Shown: piece after piece, positions 36,363 to 46,854 of the stretch
Numbering within the stretch: position 1 is the first letter of the stretch
How the letters are laid out: every line of letters starts with the position of its first letter
From: a virus
Taxonomy: Duplodnaviria > Heunggongvirae > Uroviricota > Caudoviricetes
Direction: 5' to 3' (one strand)
IMG/VR virus record: IMGVR_UViG_3300017700_000784
Span: 1 to 64,000 of that record
Length of the DNA: 64,000 nt
Notes under the pieces: generated by a model
What the model was told of the DNA's origin: nothing
What the model saw: the letters and a program-made list of their open reading frames with translations, nothing else
Databases searched by the model: none
Made by a program: the position numbers and the translations under genes

Positions 36363-37211
36363 ATGGCTATAGTATTTGAAGCAAACACCCACTCTTATAC
36401 CTCTATAGATCCGGAAGATAAAACTTCATGGGTTAGTGTAACTACTTTATTATCAGCACTTAAACAACCTTTTGATGCTAAAGCTATCTCGGAAAAGTGT
36501 TCACTGAAAAAAAGTAAGACTAATAAATGGTATGGAATGACTCCTCAATTAATTCAGGAGATATGGAAAAAAGAATCAGAAAGAGCATGTACCTTAGGTA
36601 ATTGGTATCATGACCAGAGAGAACAAGATATAGTAAACTGTGACACTATAGTAAGACATGAATCAGTGCTTCCTGTTATAAGACCTTTAATTGATAATAA
36701 TGGTAAGAAGCTTGCTCCTTTACAAAGACTTATAAATGGAATATATCCTGAGCATATGGTTTATTTAAAGTCTGCAGGTATATGTGGTCAGTCTGACAGA
36801 GTTGAGGTAATAGATAATACTGTTGATATTATAGATTACAAGACTAATAAGAAGATTGATACAGAATCTTTTAAGTCATGGGAAGGTATTTCTAAGAAAA
36901 TGCTGGGGCCTTTATCTCACTTAGATGACTGTAACCTAAACCACTATAACCTTCAGCTCAGTATTTATATGTATATTATACTGAAGCATAATCCTAATTT
37001 AAAGCCAGGGAAACTTATTATACACCATATAAAATTTGAAGAAGAAGACTTTACAGATCAATATGGATATCCGGTAATAAAACTTTCATCAACAGGTGAT
37101 CCTATTGTAAAAGAAGTAGTTCCTTATGAGCTTCCTTATATGAAGAGCGAAGTAATATCCATATTAAAATGGTATGAAAGTAACAAAGATAAAGTAAAGA
37201 AAAAACACTAA
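36363..37211 (+). CDS. PD-(D/E)xK-family nuclease (phage exonuclease-like)
   Basis: 'DRVEVIDNTVDIIDYKTNKK' (D...D/E-x-K), with an upstream 'GICGQSD'. Confidence 0.45.
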   Translation: MAIVFEANTHSYTSIDPEDKTSWVSVTTLLSALKQPFDAKAISEKCSLKKSKTNKWYGMTPQLIQEIWKKESERACTLGNWYHDQREQDIVNCDTIVRHESVLPVIRPLIDNNGKKLAPLQRLINGIYPEHMVYLKSAGICGQSDRVEVIDNTVDIIDYKTNKKIDTESFKSWEGISKKMLGPLSHLDDCNLNHYNLQLSIYMYIILKHNPNLKPGKLIIHHIKFEEEDFTDQYGYPVIKLSSTGDPIVKEVVPYELPYMKSEVISILKWYESNKDKVKKKH

Positions 37212-37729
37212 TGATAAGACTATTTGATATTAACAACGGGGTTGTAGTACCTACTGAACATTGTTACACCTTAAAAGACTTAGCTGTAGTTATGGATGCA
37301 TATCCTGAGGATTTTGCAAATGTATATGCTTATCTTTTTTATATGACATGTCCTAATCCAGATCTCAATCCTTTTTTTGAAGTTCCTGAACATGAGAAAG
37401 AAGAACTTATATTTTCGCAGCTTCCTGTCAATTTTAGCACTGAAGATGATATTGTCCTCAAAGCTAGAGCACTTTGTGAAAGACTCTATCAGACTGCTAC
37501 TTTTAGGGCTTATATGGGTATCAAGAGTATGCTTGACAGGCTCGCTAAATATATGGAGACTACTGAGATTCAGCACGGGAGAGATGGTAACATTAACTCT
37601 CTTGTTAATGCTGCAGCAAAGTTTGAACAAATTAGACTTTCCTTCAAAGGAGCGTACAAAGACCTTATGGAAGAACAAAAATCACAAGTAAGAGGTAATG
37701 CACAAATAGCATATGACCAAGAGAAATAA
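37211..37729 (+). CDS. hypothetical protein
   Basis: 172-aa ORF. Confidence 0.45.
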   Translation: MIRLFDINNGVVVPTEHCYTLKDLAVVMDAYPEDFANVYAYLFYMTCPNPDLNPFFEVPEHEKEELIFSQLPVNFSTEDDIVLKARALCERLYQTATFRAYMGIKSMLDRLAKYMETTEIQHGRDGNINSLVNAAAKFEQIRLSFKGAYKDLMEEQKSQVRGNAQIAYDQEK

Positions 37730-38271
37730 TGAATCAGGTAAAAGATTTTTTTGAATATATTTTTAATGCTATAAAAATATGGATTATAGTTCAACCTTGG
37801 GAACAAGGTATTAGAATAAGATGTGGTAAAAACACAAAATTATTAAATCCTGGTATATATTTTAGACTACCTTATTTTGATAGTGTATATATACAGGAAA
37901 CAAGATTAAGAGTTATAGATTTAACTGTACAGACTGTCACAAGTAAAGATTTAAAAACCATTACCCTTAGTGGTTCTATAGGTTATAGTATTAATTCAGT
38001 TGAATTATTATATAACACTTTATTTCACCCGGAACTTACAATATCAAATATGGTAATGAGTGAGATATCAGATTATGTCTATAAACATAATATAGATGAT
38101 ATCTCACCTGAAGCTATACAAAAGTCTGTATTAACAAATATAGATGCAAAAGCTTATGGCCTTAAATTTGAATATTTTAAACTTATAAATTTTGCAGTAG
38201 TAAGAACTTATAGACTGATACAAGATCAAAGCTGGACACATGAAGGATTAAAGATGGACACTAAATCATAG
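37729..38271 (+). CDS. SPFH/band-7-like protein (short)
   Basis: N-terminus 'IWIIVQPWEQGIRIRCGKNTKLLNPGIYFRLPYFDSVYIQETRL' matches the SPFH start 'v.pge.gvv.rfGk....l.pGlhf.iPf.d.v..vd.r'. Stop is TAG, then two codons, then TAA. Confidence 0.5.
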   Translation: MNQVKDFFEYIFNAIKIWIIVQPWEQGIRIRCGKNTKLLNPGIYFRLPYFDSVYIQETRLRVIDLTVQTVTSKDLKTITLSGSIGYSINSVELLYNTLFHPELTISNMVMSEISDYVYKHNIDDISPEAIQKSVLTNIDAKAYGLKFEYFKLINFAVVRTYRLIQDQSWTHEGLKMDTKS

Positions 38272-38276
38272 AAATA

Positions 38277-38546
38277 ATGGAAGAAGAAAAATTTAAACTT
38301 CCTTCAAGGGAAGAAATAGAAAAACACCTCACAGATAGAATACCAAAACAAAGGGAAATAAAAGTATGGAGAGGATGTATAGAAAGAGGAGCTATCTCTC
38401 CTGATAATACATTTACCTTTTGTAAAAATGATAAATGTTCAAGTTGTAAGATGGTAAAAGAAGCTCTTGATAATGCTTTTAAGGATTTTGTAGTATTTGA
38501 TAAGAGTACCATACATGTAATTCAAAATGATAAAGACAATGGATAA
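38277..38546 (+). CDS. glutaredoxin/thioredoxin-fold-like protein
   Basis: 'TFTFCKNDKCSSCKMVKEALDNAFKDFVVFD' (CxxC before a helix). Confidence 0.3.
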   Translation: MEEEKFKLPSREEIEKHLTDRIPKQREIKVWRGCIERGAISPDNTFTFCKNDKCSSCKMVKEALDNAFKDFVVFDKSTIHVIQNDKDNG

Positions 38547-38712
38547 ATTATATAACTGGTTATTTCACTATAACCATCACACAGGAAAGTGGACAGGATT
38601 CCACAGGGATGATACAACAAATTACTGGAATGGGGGAGCTACTAAGTTCCCTGTTTTTGTACATGAAGACTTTCATACTATAGTAGAGCTTATTAAAAAA
38701 ATTATCTCTTAA
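38527..38712 (+). CDS. hypothetical protein
   Basis: 61-aa ORF. Confidence 0.3.
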   Translation: MIKTMDKLYNWLFHYNHHTGKWTGFHRDDTTNYWNGGATKFPVFVHEDFHTIVELIKKIIS

Positions 38713-40919
38713 TGTTTATACATATCCCAACATATGATGATACCACAAAGGAGTGGTCTTACACTGATTTTGAAACAAGGGAAGATTTTCTAGCTTACCT
38801 TTGGTCTATATTTAAAGTACCTGGTGAATATAACTTTGATGAAACATCACTTAAGTTTAATGAACAGGCTTTAAATTTTGAAAAAAATGGTAAGATATAT
38901 TGCTTTGCTCCTATGAGGTCTAAGGATTATAAGACATATTGGGATACTGAAAAAGAGAAGTGCAGACAAGGAGTTATATTTAAGAATAAAAAAGCATCAT
39001 GGTATCTTACCAGAGATTATTACATGTGGCTTAATTTTCTTCCTATCTATAATAAAGAGATTTCAAGATTTGGTTTTGCTAAAATTAGAGATGCCCAGTA
39101 TCATATGGCTCTTTATGAGGATATAGCCAGATATAGTTACAAGCATGGAGTAATACTTAAGAAGCGTCAGATAGCTTCCAGTTACTATCATGGTGCCAAG
39201 ATGATTAATTACTTCTGGTTTGAGGAAGGTTCTATTAACAAGATAGCAGGTTCTCTTAAGGATTATATTGGTGAGAAAGGTACATGGCGTTTTCTTGAGG
39301 AGTATAGAAACTTCTTAAATAGTTATACAGCCTGGTACAGACCTTGTACTCCGGATAAGATATTTAACTGGGAGCAGAAGATTGAGATTAATGAATCAGG
39401 CAGAAAAAAAGATATAGGTTTAAAATCTGTTATTATGGGTCTTATCCTTGATAAGGATCCAACTAATGGTGTTGGGGGACCTTGTACCTTCTTCTTTCAT
39501 GAAGAGGCAGGGATTGCTCCTAAGATGAACCAGACTATAGAATACTTATTACCAGCTATGAAGTCTGGTATGATTTATACAGGCCAGTTTATTGCAGCAG
39601 GATCTGTTGGGGATTTGGATCAGTGTGAGCCTTTAAGAAAGATGATAGAGCGCCCTGAGAGTAAAGATGTACTAGGTATAGAAACTAATCTTATAAATGA
39701 TAAAGGGGAAGTAGGTATAAGAGCTTTATTTATACCTGAACAGTGGTCAATGATTCCATGTATAGATGAATATGGAAACTCTGAAGTTGAAAAAGCTTTA
39801 GAAATGATATATGCAGAAAGAATTATCTGGAAGAAATCACTTGACCCAGAAGATTATCAGTTACGTATCTCACAAAAGCCTACAAATATTGATGAAGCTT
39901 TTGCTAGTAGAAAACTTGCTAAGTTTAATCCTGGGCTAGTTACAGCACAGATAAGAAGAATAGAGGATGATACTTACCATAAAGATTATATAGAGCTTGA
40001 GAGAGATGATAAAGGAGAAGTTATAAGTAAGCTCTCTAAACATATTCCTATATCAGAATTTCCTATATCTCCAAAGACTGAACACAAAGAAGGAGTTATA
40101 GTTTGTTGGGAGAAACCTTTATCTAAGAATCCAGAGTTTGGAACTTATTATGCTTCTATTGACCCTGTATCAGAGGGTAAGACAACTACTTCTGAATCAC
40201 TCTGTTCTATTTACATTTATAAAACAGCGCAGGAAGTAATAAAACATAAGTCAGATGGTAGTATAGACTCAACTATAGAACCGGATAAAATAGTTGCTGC
40301 ATGGTGTGGTAGATTTGATGACTTAAATAAGACTCATGAGAGACTTGAATTAATGATAGAATGGTACAATGCCTGGACTATAGTAGAGAATAATATTAGT
40401 TTATTTATTCAATACATGATCTCTAAGAGAAAGCAGAAATATTTAGTTCCTAAAAGTCAGATATTATTCCTTAAAGAATTACAAGCTAATGCTAATGTAT
40501 TTCAAGAATATGGATGGAGAAATGTTGGGACACTCTTCAAGAGTAATCTTGTTTCTTATGCACAACAGTTCATAGAAGAACACTTAGATTATGAAACTAA
40601 GACTGATGGTACCATAGTAAAGACTACTTATGGTATAGAAAGAATTCCTGATATAATGCTTCTTAAAGAGATGCTTGCTTATAGAGATGGACTTAACGTG
40701 GATAGACTTGTAGCTTTTTGTGCTATGGTTGCTTTTGCCCAGGTACAAAGTTCTAATAGAGGATACAGTAGAAGAATAGAAAGAGAAGACAGTGATAATT
40801 TGCAAAATCAGAATAATTATGCTAAATTGAGAGTGAGTCCGTTTAGACATATAGGCTCAGGAAAAGGGCTATCTGATACCATGAAAAAGCCTCATAACCC
40901 ATTTAAAAACTTAAGATAA
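38712..40919 (+). CDS. candidate terminase large subunit
   Basis: 735 aa, immediately upstream of the portal, scaffold and capsid block. Has a degenerate Walker-A-like 'VILKKRQIASSYYHGAK' and a C-terminal 'YASIDPVSEGKTTTSESLCSIYIYK' resembling the terminase nuclease first-Asp strand. Confidence 0.45.
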   Translation: MFIHIPTYDDTTKEWSYTDFETREDFLAYLWSIFKVPGEYNFDETSLKFNEQALNFEKNGKIYCFAPMRSKDYKTYWDTEKEKCRQGVIFKNKKASWYLTRDYYMWLNFLPIYNKEISRFGFAKIRDAQYHMALYEDIARYSYKHGVILKKRQIASSYYHGAKMINYFWFEEGSINKIAGSLKDYIGEKGTWRFLEEYRNFLNSYTAWYRPCTPDKIFNWEQKIEINESGRKKDIGLKSVIMGLILDKDPTNGVGGPCTFFFHEEAGIAPKMNQTIEYLLPAMKSGMIYTGQFIAAGSVGDLDQCEPLRKMIERPESKDVLGIETNLINDKGEVGIRALFIPEQWSMIPCIDEYGNSEVEKALEMIYAERIIWKKSLDPEDYQLRISQKPTNIDEAFASRKLAKFNPGLVTAQIRRIEDDTYHKDYIELERDDKGEVISKLSKHIPISEFPISPKTEHKEGVIVCWEKPLSKNPEFGTYYASIDPVSEGKTTTSESLCSIYIYKTAQEVIKHKSDGSIDSTIEPDKIVAAWCGRFDDLNKTHERLELMIEWYNAWTIVENNISLFIQYMISKRKQKYLVPKSQILFLKELQANANVFQEYGWRNVGTLFKSNLVSYAQQFIEEHLDYETKTDGTIVKTTYGIERIPDIMLLKEMLAYRDGLNVDRLVAFCAMVAFAQVQSSNRGYSRRIEREDSDNLQNQNNYAKLRVSPFRHIGSGKGLSDTMKKPHNPFKNLR

Positions 40920-43642
40920 TGCCTAAAATTTTTAATGCATTACAGCTTAAAGCTGGAGCAACTTCAGAATATAACAGGATGGGTACCTTAACCCGTCCTA
41001 TACAATTTATACTTACCTCTCAAAAGACACAAGAATGGGGAGCCTGGAATATGGATTGGTTAGAGATGCAAGGGTTAAAACAACTAAGAAGAACTTCAAG
41101 AAGATTACTTAAGAATTATAAACTTGCTAATGGTATTATTGACAAGTCAGATTACATTGTCTGTGAAGATAATGAGAATGCTGAGATAGTTGATATCCTT
41201 ACAAAAGAGAATGATTCAGCTTTTGAGTTAAAGTTCTTTCCTATTATACCTAATGTTATCAATGTACTTGCAGGAGAGTTTGCAAAAAGAAATGATAAAA
41301 TTACTTATTTATCAGTAGATGACATCTCTTATAATGAGATGTTAGGAGCTAAGATGGAGATGGTTGAGGAAAATGTTGTTGCTTATGGTGAAAACATTAT
41401 GAGACAAACCATGAAAGAGATGGGTTTAACTGAAGAAGATGAAGAGGCACAACAAATGATGGCGCCTGAGAATATTAAATCTCTTCCTCAAATTGAACAA
41501 ACTTTCAAAAAAGATTACAAATCTCTTAGTGAACAATGGGCTACTCACCAACATAATGTAGATACAGAAAGATTTTACCTTAAAGAGCTTGAGAATATGG
41601 CCTTTAAGGATATGCTTATTACTGATAGAGAGTTCTGGCACTTTAAACTTAATGAGGATGACTATGATATTGAATTATGGAATCCTGTATTAACCTTTTA
41701 TCACAAGTCTCCTGAAGCAAGATATATTTCTCAGGGTAACTGGGTTGGTAAAATAGATTTAATAACTATTGCTGATGCTATAGATAAGTATGGTTATATG
41801 ATGACTAAGGATCAGCTGCAGTCATTAGAAGTTATTTATCCTGTACAAGGTGCCGGATATATGTTACCAGGAGTACAGAATGATGGTAGTTTCTATGATG
41901 CTACTAAATCTCATGATTGGAATGTTGAAGGACCTTCTTTAGGCATGCGTCAGTTTATGGCTTTCCATAGTGCTGATAGTATGATGGGAATGGGAGAAGA
42001 TATTATATATAAAATACTTAATCAGTCTGAAGATTTATCAGACCTTCAGAATTATAGCTTACTAAGAGTTACTACTGCATACTGGAAATCCCAAAGAATG
42101 TTGGGACATAGAACTACTATTGGACCAGATGGTGGAATGACTCAGTCTATAGTTGATGAAACATTTAGAGTTACAGATAAACCTGTTTATGATACAACTG
42201 TACTTAAAGGAAAGAGATTAGAGAATCTTATATTTGGTGACCATGTTGAATGGATATGGATAAACCATACGTATGGAGGAGTTAAGATAGGCCCTAACAG
42301 ACCTAGTTATTATGGTAATAATGATGCTAATGGTTTCCAGCCTATGTACTTAGGACTTGGACCAATTAAGTTTCAGTTTAAAGGTGATAGTAGTTTATAT
42401 GGTTGTAAGCTTCCTGTAGAAGGAGCTGTCTTCCATGATAGAAATACACACTCAAGAGCTTTGGTAAATAAGATGGAACCTTTCCAAATTGGATTTAATC
42501 TTACTAATAATCAGATAGCTGACATATTAGTAGATGAATTAGGTACAGTAATTCTTTTAGATCAAAATGCTTTACCTAAACATAGTATGGGAGAAGACTG
42601 GGGTAAACATAACTTTGCTAAAGCTTATGTTGCCATGAAAGACTTCCAAATGCTTCCTTTGGATACTTCTATTACCAATACAGAGAATGGTATGAATTTC
42701 CAACATTTTCAAGTACTAAACTTAGAACAGACACAAAGATTACTTTCAAGAGTACAGTTATCTAATTACTTTAAGCAACAAGCTTTTGAAGTAATAGGTA
42801 TTACTCCTGAGCGACTTGGCGCTGCTACAGGACAACAGACAGCAACCGGTGTGGAACAAAACCTGGCTGCAAGTTACTCTCAGACAGAGATGTACTTTGT
42901 GGATCACTCTGAGCACTTGATGCCAAGAGTACACCAAATGCGTACTGACTTAGCTCAATTCTATCAGTCTACTAATCCTAGTATTAGACTACAATATATG
43001 ACTTCTATAGATGAGAAGATTAATTTTGAAATGAATGGTAAAGATCTCTTGCTTAGAGACATCAATGTATTCTGCTCTTCTAAAGTTAATCAGAGACAAC
43101 TTATGGAACAAATAAGAAACTTGGCTTTATCTAATAATACAGCCGGTGCTTCTATATTTGATTTAGGTAATTTAGCTAAAGCTGACTCTCTTGCAGAGAT
43201 TACACATACTCTTAAAGCTATTGAAGAGAAAACGGAAGCTCAAGGTAAAGCAATGCAAGACCATGAACTTCAATCTCAAAATATGATTGAGCAAGCAGAG
43301 ACTCAAAGACTTGAGATGAAACAGAAATTTGATGCTGAGCAAAATGCTCTTGATAGAGCATCTGAGGAGTATATAGCTGAAATTAGAGCTGCTGTAAATA
43401 CAGGGGTTAAAGATTTCAATGGTAATCAACAAACTGACTATATAGATACTTTAGAATATCTTGATAGTAAGCATGCTAAAGAAGAAGACATAGCTCTTAA
43501 AAGAGAAGCTCTTTCACATAAGCAAATGAATGAACAACAGAAGAATTCTTTAAAGGATAAAGAGCTTCAGATACGTGAAAAAATTGCTAATAAACAGTTA
43601 CAAGTTGCTCAAACCAACAAAAACAAGTATGACAAGAAATAA
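40919..43642 (+). CDS. candidate portal protein (large, with C-terminal coiled coil)
   Basis: 907 aa. Assigned by position between the terminase candidate and the scaffold. The C-terminal 150 aa form a charged coiled coil. Confidence 0.4.
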   Translation: MPKIFNALQLKAGATSEYNRMGTLTRPIQFILTSQKTQEWGAWNMDWLEMQGLKQLRRTSRRLLKNYKLANGIIDKSDYIVCEDNENAEIVDILTKENDSAFELKFFPIIPNVINVLAGEFAKRNDKITYLSVDDISYNEMLGAKMEMVEENVVAYGENIMRQTMKEMGLTEEDEEAQQMMAPENIKSLPQIEQTFKKDYKSLSEQWATHQHNVDTERFYLKELENMAFKDMLITDREFWHFKLNEDDYDIELWNPVLTFYHKSPEARYISQGNWVGKIDLITIADAIDKYGYMMTKDQLQSLEVIYPVQGAGYMLPGVQNDGSFYDATKSHDWNVEGPSLGMRQFMAFHSADSMMGMGEDIIYKILNQSEDLSDLQNYSLLRVTTAYWKSQRMLGHRTTIGPDGGMTQSIVDETFRVTDKPVYDTTVLKGKRLENLIFGDHVEWIWINHTYGGVKIGPNRPSYYGNNDANGFQPMYLGLGPIKFQFKGDSSLYGCKLPVEGAVFHDRNTHSRALVNKMEPFQIGFNLTNNQIADILVDELGTVILLDQNALPKHSMGEDWGKHNFAKAYVAMKDFQMLPLDTSITNTENGMNFQHFQVLNLEQTQRLLSRVQLSNYFKQQAFEVIGITPERLGAATGQQTATGVEQNLAASYSQTEMYFVDHSEHLMPRVHQMRTDLAQFYQSTNPSIRLQYMTSIDEKINFEMNGKDLLLRDINVFCSSKVNQRQLMEQIRNLALSNNTAGASIFDLGNLAKADSLAEITHTLKAIEEKTEAQGKAMQDHELQSQNMIEQAETQRLEMKQKFDAEQNALDRASEEYIAEIRAAVNTGVKDFNGNQQTDYIDTLEYLDSKHAKEEDIALKREALSHKQMNEQQKNSLKDKELQIREKIANKQLQVAQTNKNKYDKK

Positions 43643-43757
43643 GTATAGCGTTATAGTACATATTTTGTAAAAGAAATATTATAGACTTTTAAATCTTTTA
43701 GATTTAATTATGTAGATTATATATGAAGAAGAAACAACCCCGTAAAGATAAAAAACA

Positions 43758-45023
43758 ATGAGTACTGAAAATACTAATGTAGAAGATACCAATATTAACA
43801 TTGATGATTTTCTACCTATGCCAGGTGCAGAAAGTGTGGTTACATCTGATGATAATAAATCTCACTTATTTACATCACCTAATAAAGCAGTAGATATGAC
43901 TTTCATAGATGCTGCAGAAGAAGAAGAAGATGATGATGCTACTGTTACAGTTACTGATGCAGATGCAAAATTAACTTTAGATGCTTTAGCAACTGATGAA
44001 GATGCTGATGAAGATTTAGAAGTTGATCCTGTTAAAAAGAAAACAGGAAGAGCTAAGACAGATAAAAATGGTCTTGTACAGTTCTTTAAAAAGAGAATAG
44101 AAGGTAATGAGATGTTTGCTTTTGATGACTTTGATGAAACAAAACAAACACTTGAAGATTATCTTACAAACTTAGGTGATAAAGACATAGAAGAATTATG
44201 GACAGCTAATATTGACAACATGCGTCAAGAAGTAGCAACTAACACTCCAAAAGAATTCTTTGAAAGCTTACCTGAAGAATTACAATATGCTGCAGAGTAT
44301 GTTGCTAAAGGTGGACAAGATTTAAAAGGTTTGTTTAAAGCACTTGCACAAGTTGAAGAAGTAAGAGAGTTAGATATTAAAGAACCTCAACACCAGGAAA
44401 TAATTGTAAGACAGTATTTACAAGCTACAAACTTTGGTAATGGTGACCAAGAGCTTATAGATGAACAGATTCAAGAATGGGTAGAAGGAGGAATTATAAA
44501 TAAAAAAGCTGGTCAATTCAAACCTAAGTTAGATGACTTACAGGAAGAAGTACTAAAAGCAAAGCTTGCACAACAAGATGCTGTTAAACAGCAACAACAA
44601 GCCAAGAAAGAAGCTTACATGAATAACATATATGAAACACTTAAACCAGGAGAACTGAATGGTGTTAAAATAGATGCTAAGAGACAAAAGTTTTTATGGA
44701 ATGAATTAACTACTGTTAAATATGAAAGTATTACCGGTAGACCAACAAATAAGCTGGGTAAACTATTAGAAGATTACCAATTTGGTAAAGAGCCAAGATA
44801 TGACTTGATAGCTGAAACCTTATGGTTACTATCAGATCCTGAGGATTATAAAGAACATATTAGAACTCAAGCCAAGAATGAAGTAATAGTTGACACAGTA
44901 AGAAAACTAAAAACAGAGGAAGCTCGTAAAATATCTTCACATGTTACAGAAGATGAGGATGACAAAGGAGGTTCACCTGTAAAGAAAAAAATAGCTAGAA
45001 ACACAAACATATTTAAAAGATAA
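43758..45023 (+). CDS. candidate scaffolding/prohead core protein
   Basis: Acidic 'AAEEEEDDDATVTVTDADAKLTLDALATDEDADEDLEVD', coiled-coil-rich, immediately upstream of the capsid candidate. Confidence 0.45.
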   Translation: MSTENTNVEDTNINIDDFLPMPGAESVVTSDDNKSHLFTSPNKAVDMTFIDAAEEEEDDDATVTVTDADAKLTLDALATDEDADEDLEVDPVKKKTGRAKTDKNGLVQFFKKRIEGNEMFAFDDFDETKQTLEDYLTNLGDKDIEELWTANIDNMRQEVATNTPKEFFESLPEELQYAAEYVAKGGQDLKGLFKALAQVEEVRELDIKEPQHQEIIVRQYLQATNFGNGDQELIDEQIQEWVEGGIINKKAGQFKPKLDDLQEEVLKAKLAQQDAVKQQQQAKKEAYMNNIYETLKPGELNGVKIDAKRQKFLWNELTTVKYESITGRPTNKLGKLLEDYQFGKEPRYDLIAETLWLLSDPEDYKEHIRTQAKNEVIVDTVRKLKTEEARKISSHVTEDEDDKGGSPVKKKIARNTNIFKR

Positions 45024-45042
45024 CCTTAATAATTTTTAACAA

Positions 45043-46689
45043 ATGAGTACACCTGTATTAAACAATGGTCTATTCTTGCGTGACACTACCTACAAGGCCA
45101 GTTCACACATAGACTCCTACCACTTGCTAAATATGCTTAGAAGCTCAGAGCCTATGGATTTAGGACCTGTTGACTTATGGGCAATGACGCAAAAGGTAGA
45201 AATGCCTCTTTATCAGATGGCATCCTTTGGTGGTAAGAACACCATCATGGTAGATAACGCCCGTGGGGAGTATAAATGGCAGACGCCAATTGTACAAGAT
45301 CTACCTTACATTGTAGAAGATGTTGAACCTACTATCACCTCTTTAGGTGCTGATGGAACATCATTCAAAATCAAGCTTAACAGACGTGTATTTGGACATG
45401 GTGATATCATCACTTATGACAAGTACAAAGGATTGGAGCTTTATATCCTTCCAGCAGAAGATGTTCTTCCAACAGGGGATGGTTTTGTATACACTGTTCA
45501 ATTAGTAAACAACAACAACACTGCAACCTTAGACAAGAAATACCTTAAACCAGGTACTAAGTTCTTCAGAAAAGGTTCTGCCCGTGGTGAATATGGAGAG
45601 AGATTCTCTGACATCGGGGAATTGACAAATGGTTTCCGTGAGTACTACAACTTTGTTGGTGGTGCTGAAGCTCACGTACACTACTCTATCTCTTCTCGTG
45701 CAGACATGATGATGAAAGGTGGTATTAAAGCAGATGGTACTGTGCCAGTTACAGAAATTTGGAGATCATTTGATAAAAACTTAGATCCTTCTATTACCCG
45801 TATTGATGATATGGTTAAGAAAATGGGTGCTGACTGGGTTAAAAAATCTTATGACAATGGAAGTCTTACAAGATCTTTTGTTACAAATTTAGAAGCTGCT
45901 CACTTATCTAAAGTAGCTAATGACATTGAGACTTACTTAATGTGGGGTCAAGGTGGTAGAATCAAGCAAGATGGTCCGGATGATATTAGATTATCAGTAG
46001 GTCTTTGGAATCAGCTTGATAATTCTTACAAAAGAATCTACAACAAAGGTAGCTTTAACCTTGAGTTATTCCGTTCTGAAATCTTCAACTTCTACAATGG
46101 TAAAGTTGAATTTAAAGGACCAGATCCTAATAGACAAATCATTGTTCAGACTGGTATGGCTGGTATGAGAATGGTTAATGAAGGAATCAAGAAAGAAGCT
46201 TTCAGTCCTGCAGGTACTGGTACAACCTTGTATGCTAACATGGACAAATCAGGTATTGGTGCTATTAGTGGTAACAGTGCTATGGATTTGAACTTTGGTT
46301 TTGCTTTTACAAGTTATACCATTCCTTTCTTAGCAAATGTTAAGTTTGTACTTAACCCTGCTTTTGATAATGTTCATACTAATGATATTGAAAACCCAAT
46401 CATTGATGGTTATCCTTTATCTTCTTATAACTTTATTGTATTTGATATTACTGATAATACAAATGATAACATCTTCTTATTGAAATTATCTTGGGATAAT
46501 CAATTGAAGTGGTTCTATCAAAATGGTACAATGGACTACATGGGTAAAACTCAAGGGTTTACTTCTAGTGGTAACTTTAATGGATATAGAGTCTTTATGA
46601 CTCAGACTATGCCTTCTATCTGGGTGAAAGACCCTACTAAGGTATTGAAAATTGTAATGAGAAATCCAGTTACTGGAGGATCATTCTAA
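45043..46689 (+). CDS. candidate major capsid protein
   Basis: 548 aa, after the scaffold and followed by strong tandem stem-loops. Strong RBS-less Bacteroidetes-style start. Confidence 0.5.
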   Translation: MSTPVLNNGLFLRDTTYKASSHIDSYHLLNMLRSSEPMDLGPVDLWAMTQKVEMPLYQMASFGGKNTIMVDNARGEYKWQTPIVQDLPYIVEDVEPTITSLGADGTSFKIKLNRRVFGHGDIITYDKYKGLELYILPAEDVLPTGDGFVYTVQLVNNNNTATLDKKYLKPGTKFFRKGSARGEYGERFSDIGELTNGFREYYNFVGGAEAHVHYSISSRADMMMKGGIKADGTVPVTEIWRSFDKNLDPSITRIDDMVKKMGADWVKKSYDNGSLTRSFVTNLEAAHLSKVANDIETYLMWGQGGRIKQDGPDDIRLSVGLWNQLDNSYKRIYNKGSFNLELFRSEIFNFYNGKVEFKGPDPNRQIIVQTGMAGMRMVNEGIKKEAFSPAGTGTTLYANMDKSGIGAISGNSAMDLNFGFAFTSYTIPFLANVKFVLNPAFDNVHTNDIENPIIDGYPLSSYNFIVFDITDNTNDNIFLLKLSWDNQLKWFYQNGTMDYMGKTQGFTSSGNFNGYRVFMTQTMPSIWVKDPTKVLKIVMRNPVTGGSF

Positions 46690-46707
46690 GAGACACCCTC
46701 TCTCCCC

Positions 46708-46750
46708 GGAGTAGCAATACTCCTTGTGCCAGCAGATTCTTGCTGGTGCA
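46708..46750 (+). terminator. tandem GC-rich stem-loops downstream of the capsid gene
   Basis: GGAGTA-gcaa-TACTCC (46708-46723) and tGCCAGCA-gattct-TGCTGGtgca (46727-46750). Confidence 0.45.
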
Positions 46751-46854
46751 TCCTCTAAGAAGTAACAACCTTGACGTGGTTTAGAGGCTTTAAACTAAGA
46801 GTTACAAAAAAGAAGAAAGAAGAAGAAAAAACAAACAACAAAAACAAAAACAGT

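Noticed and set aside
46771-46854. Long TTG-initiated N-terminal extensions in ORF-track entries at 46771, 50825 and 57622
   Set aside because: The extensions run through terminator hairpins and T-tracts. The first in-frame ATG was used instead.
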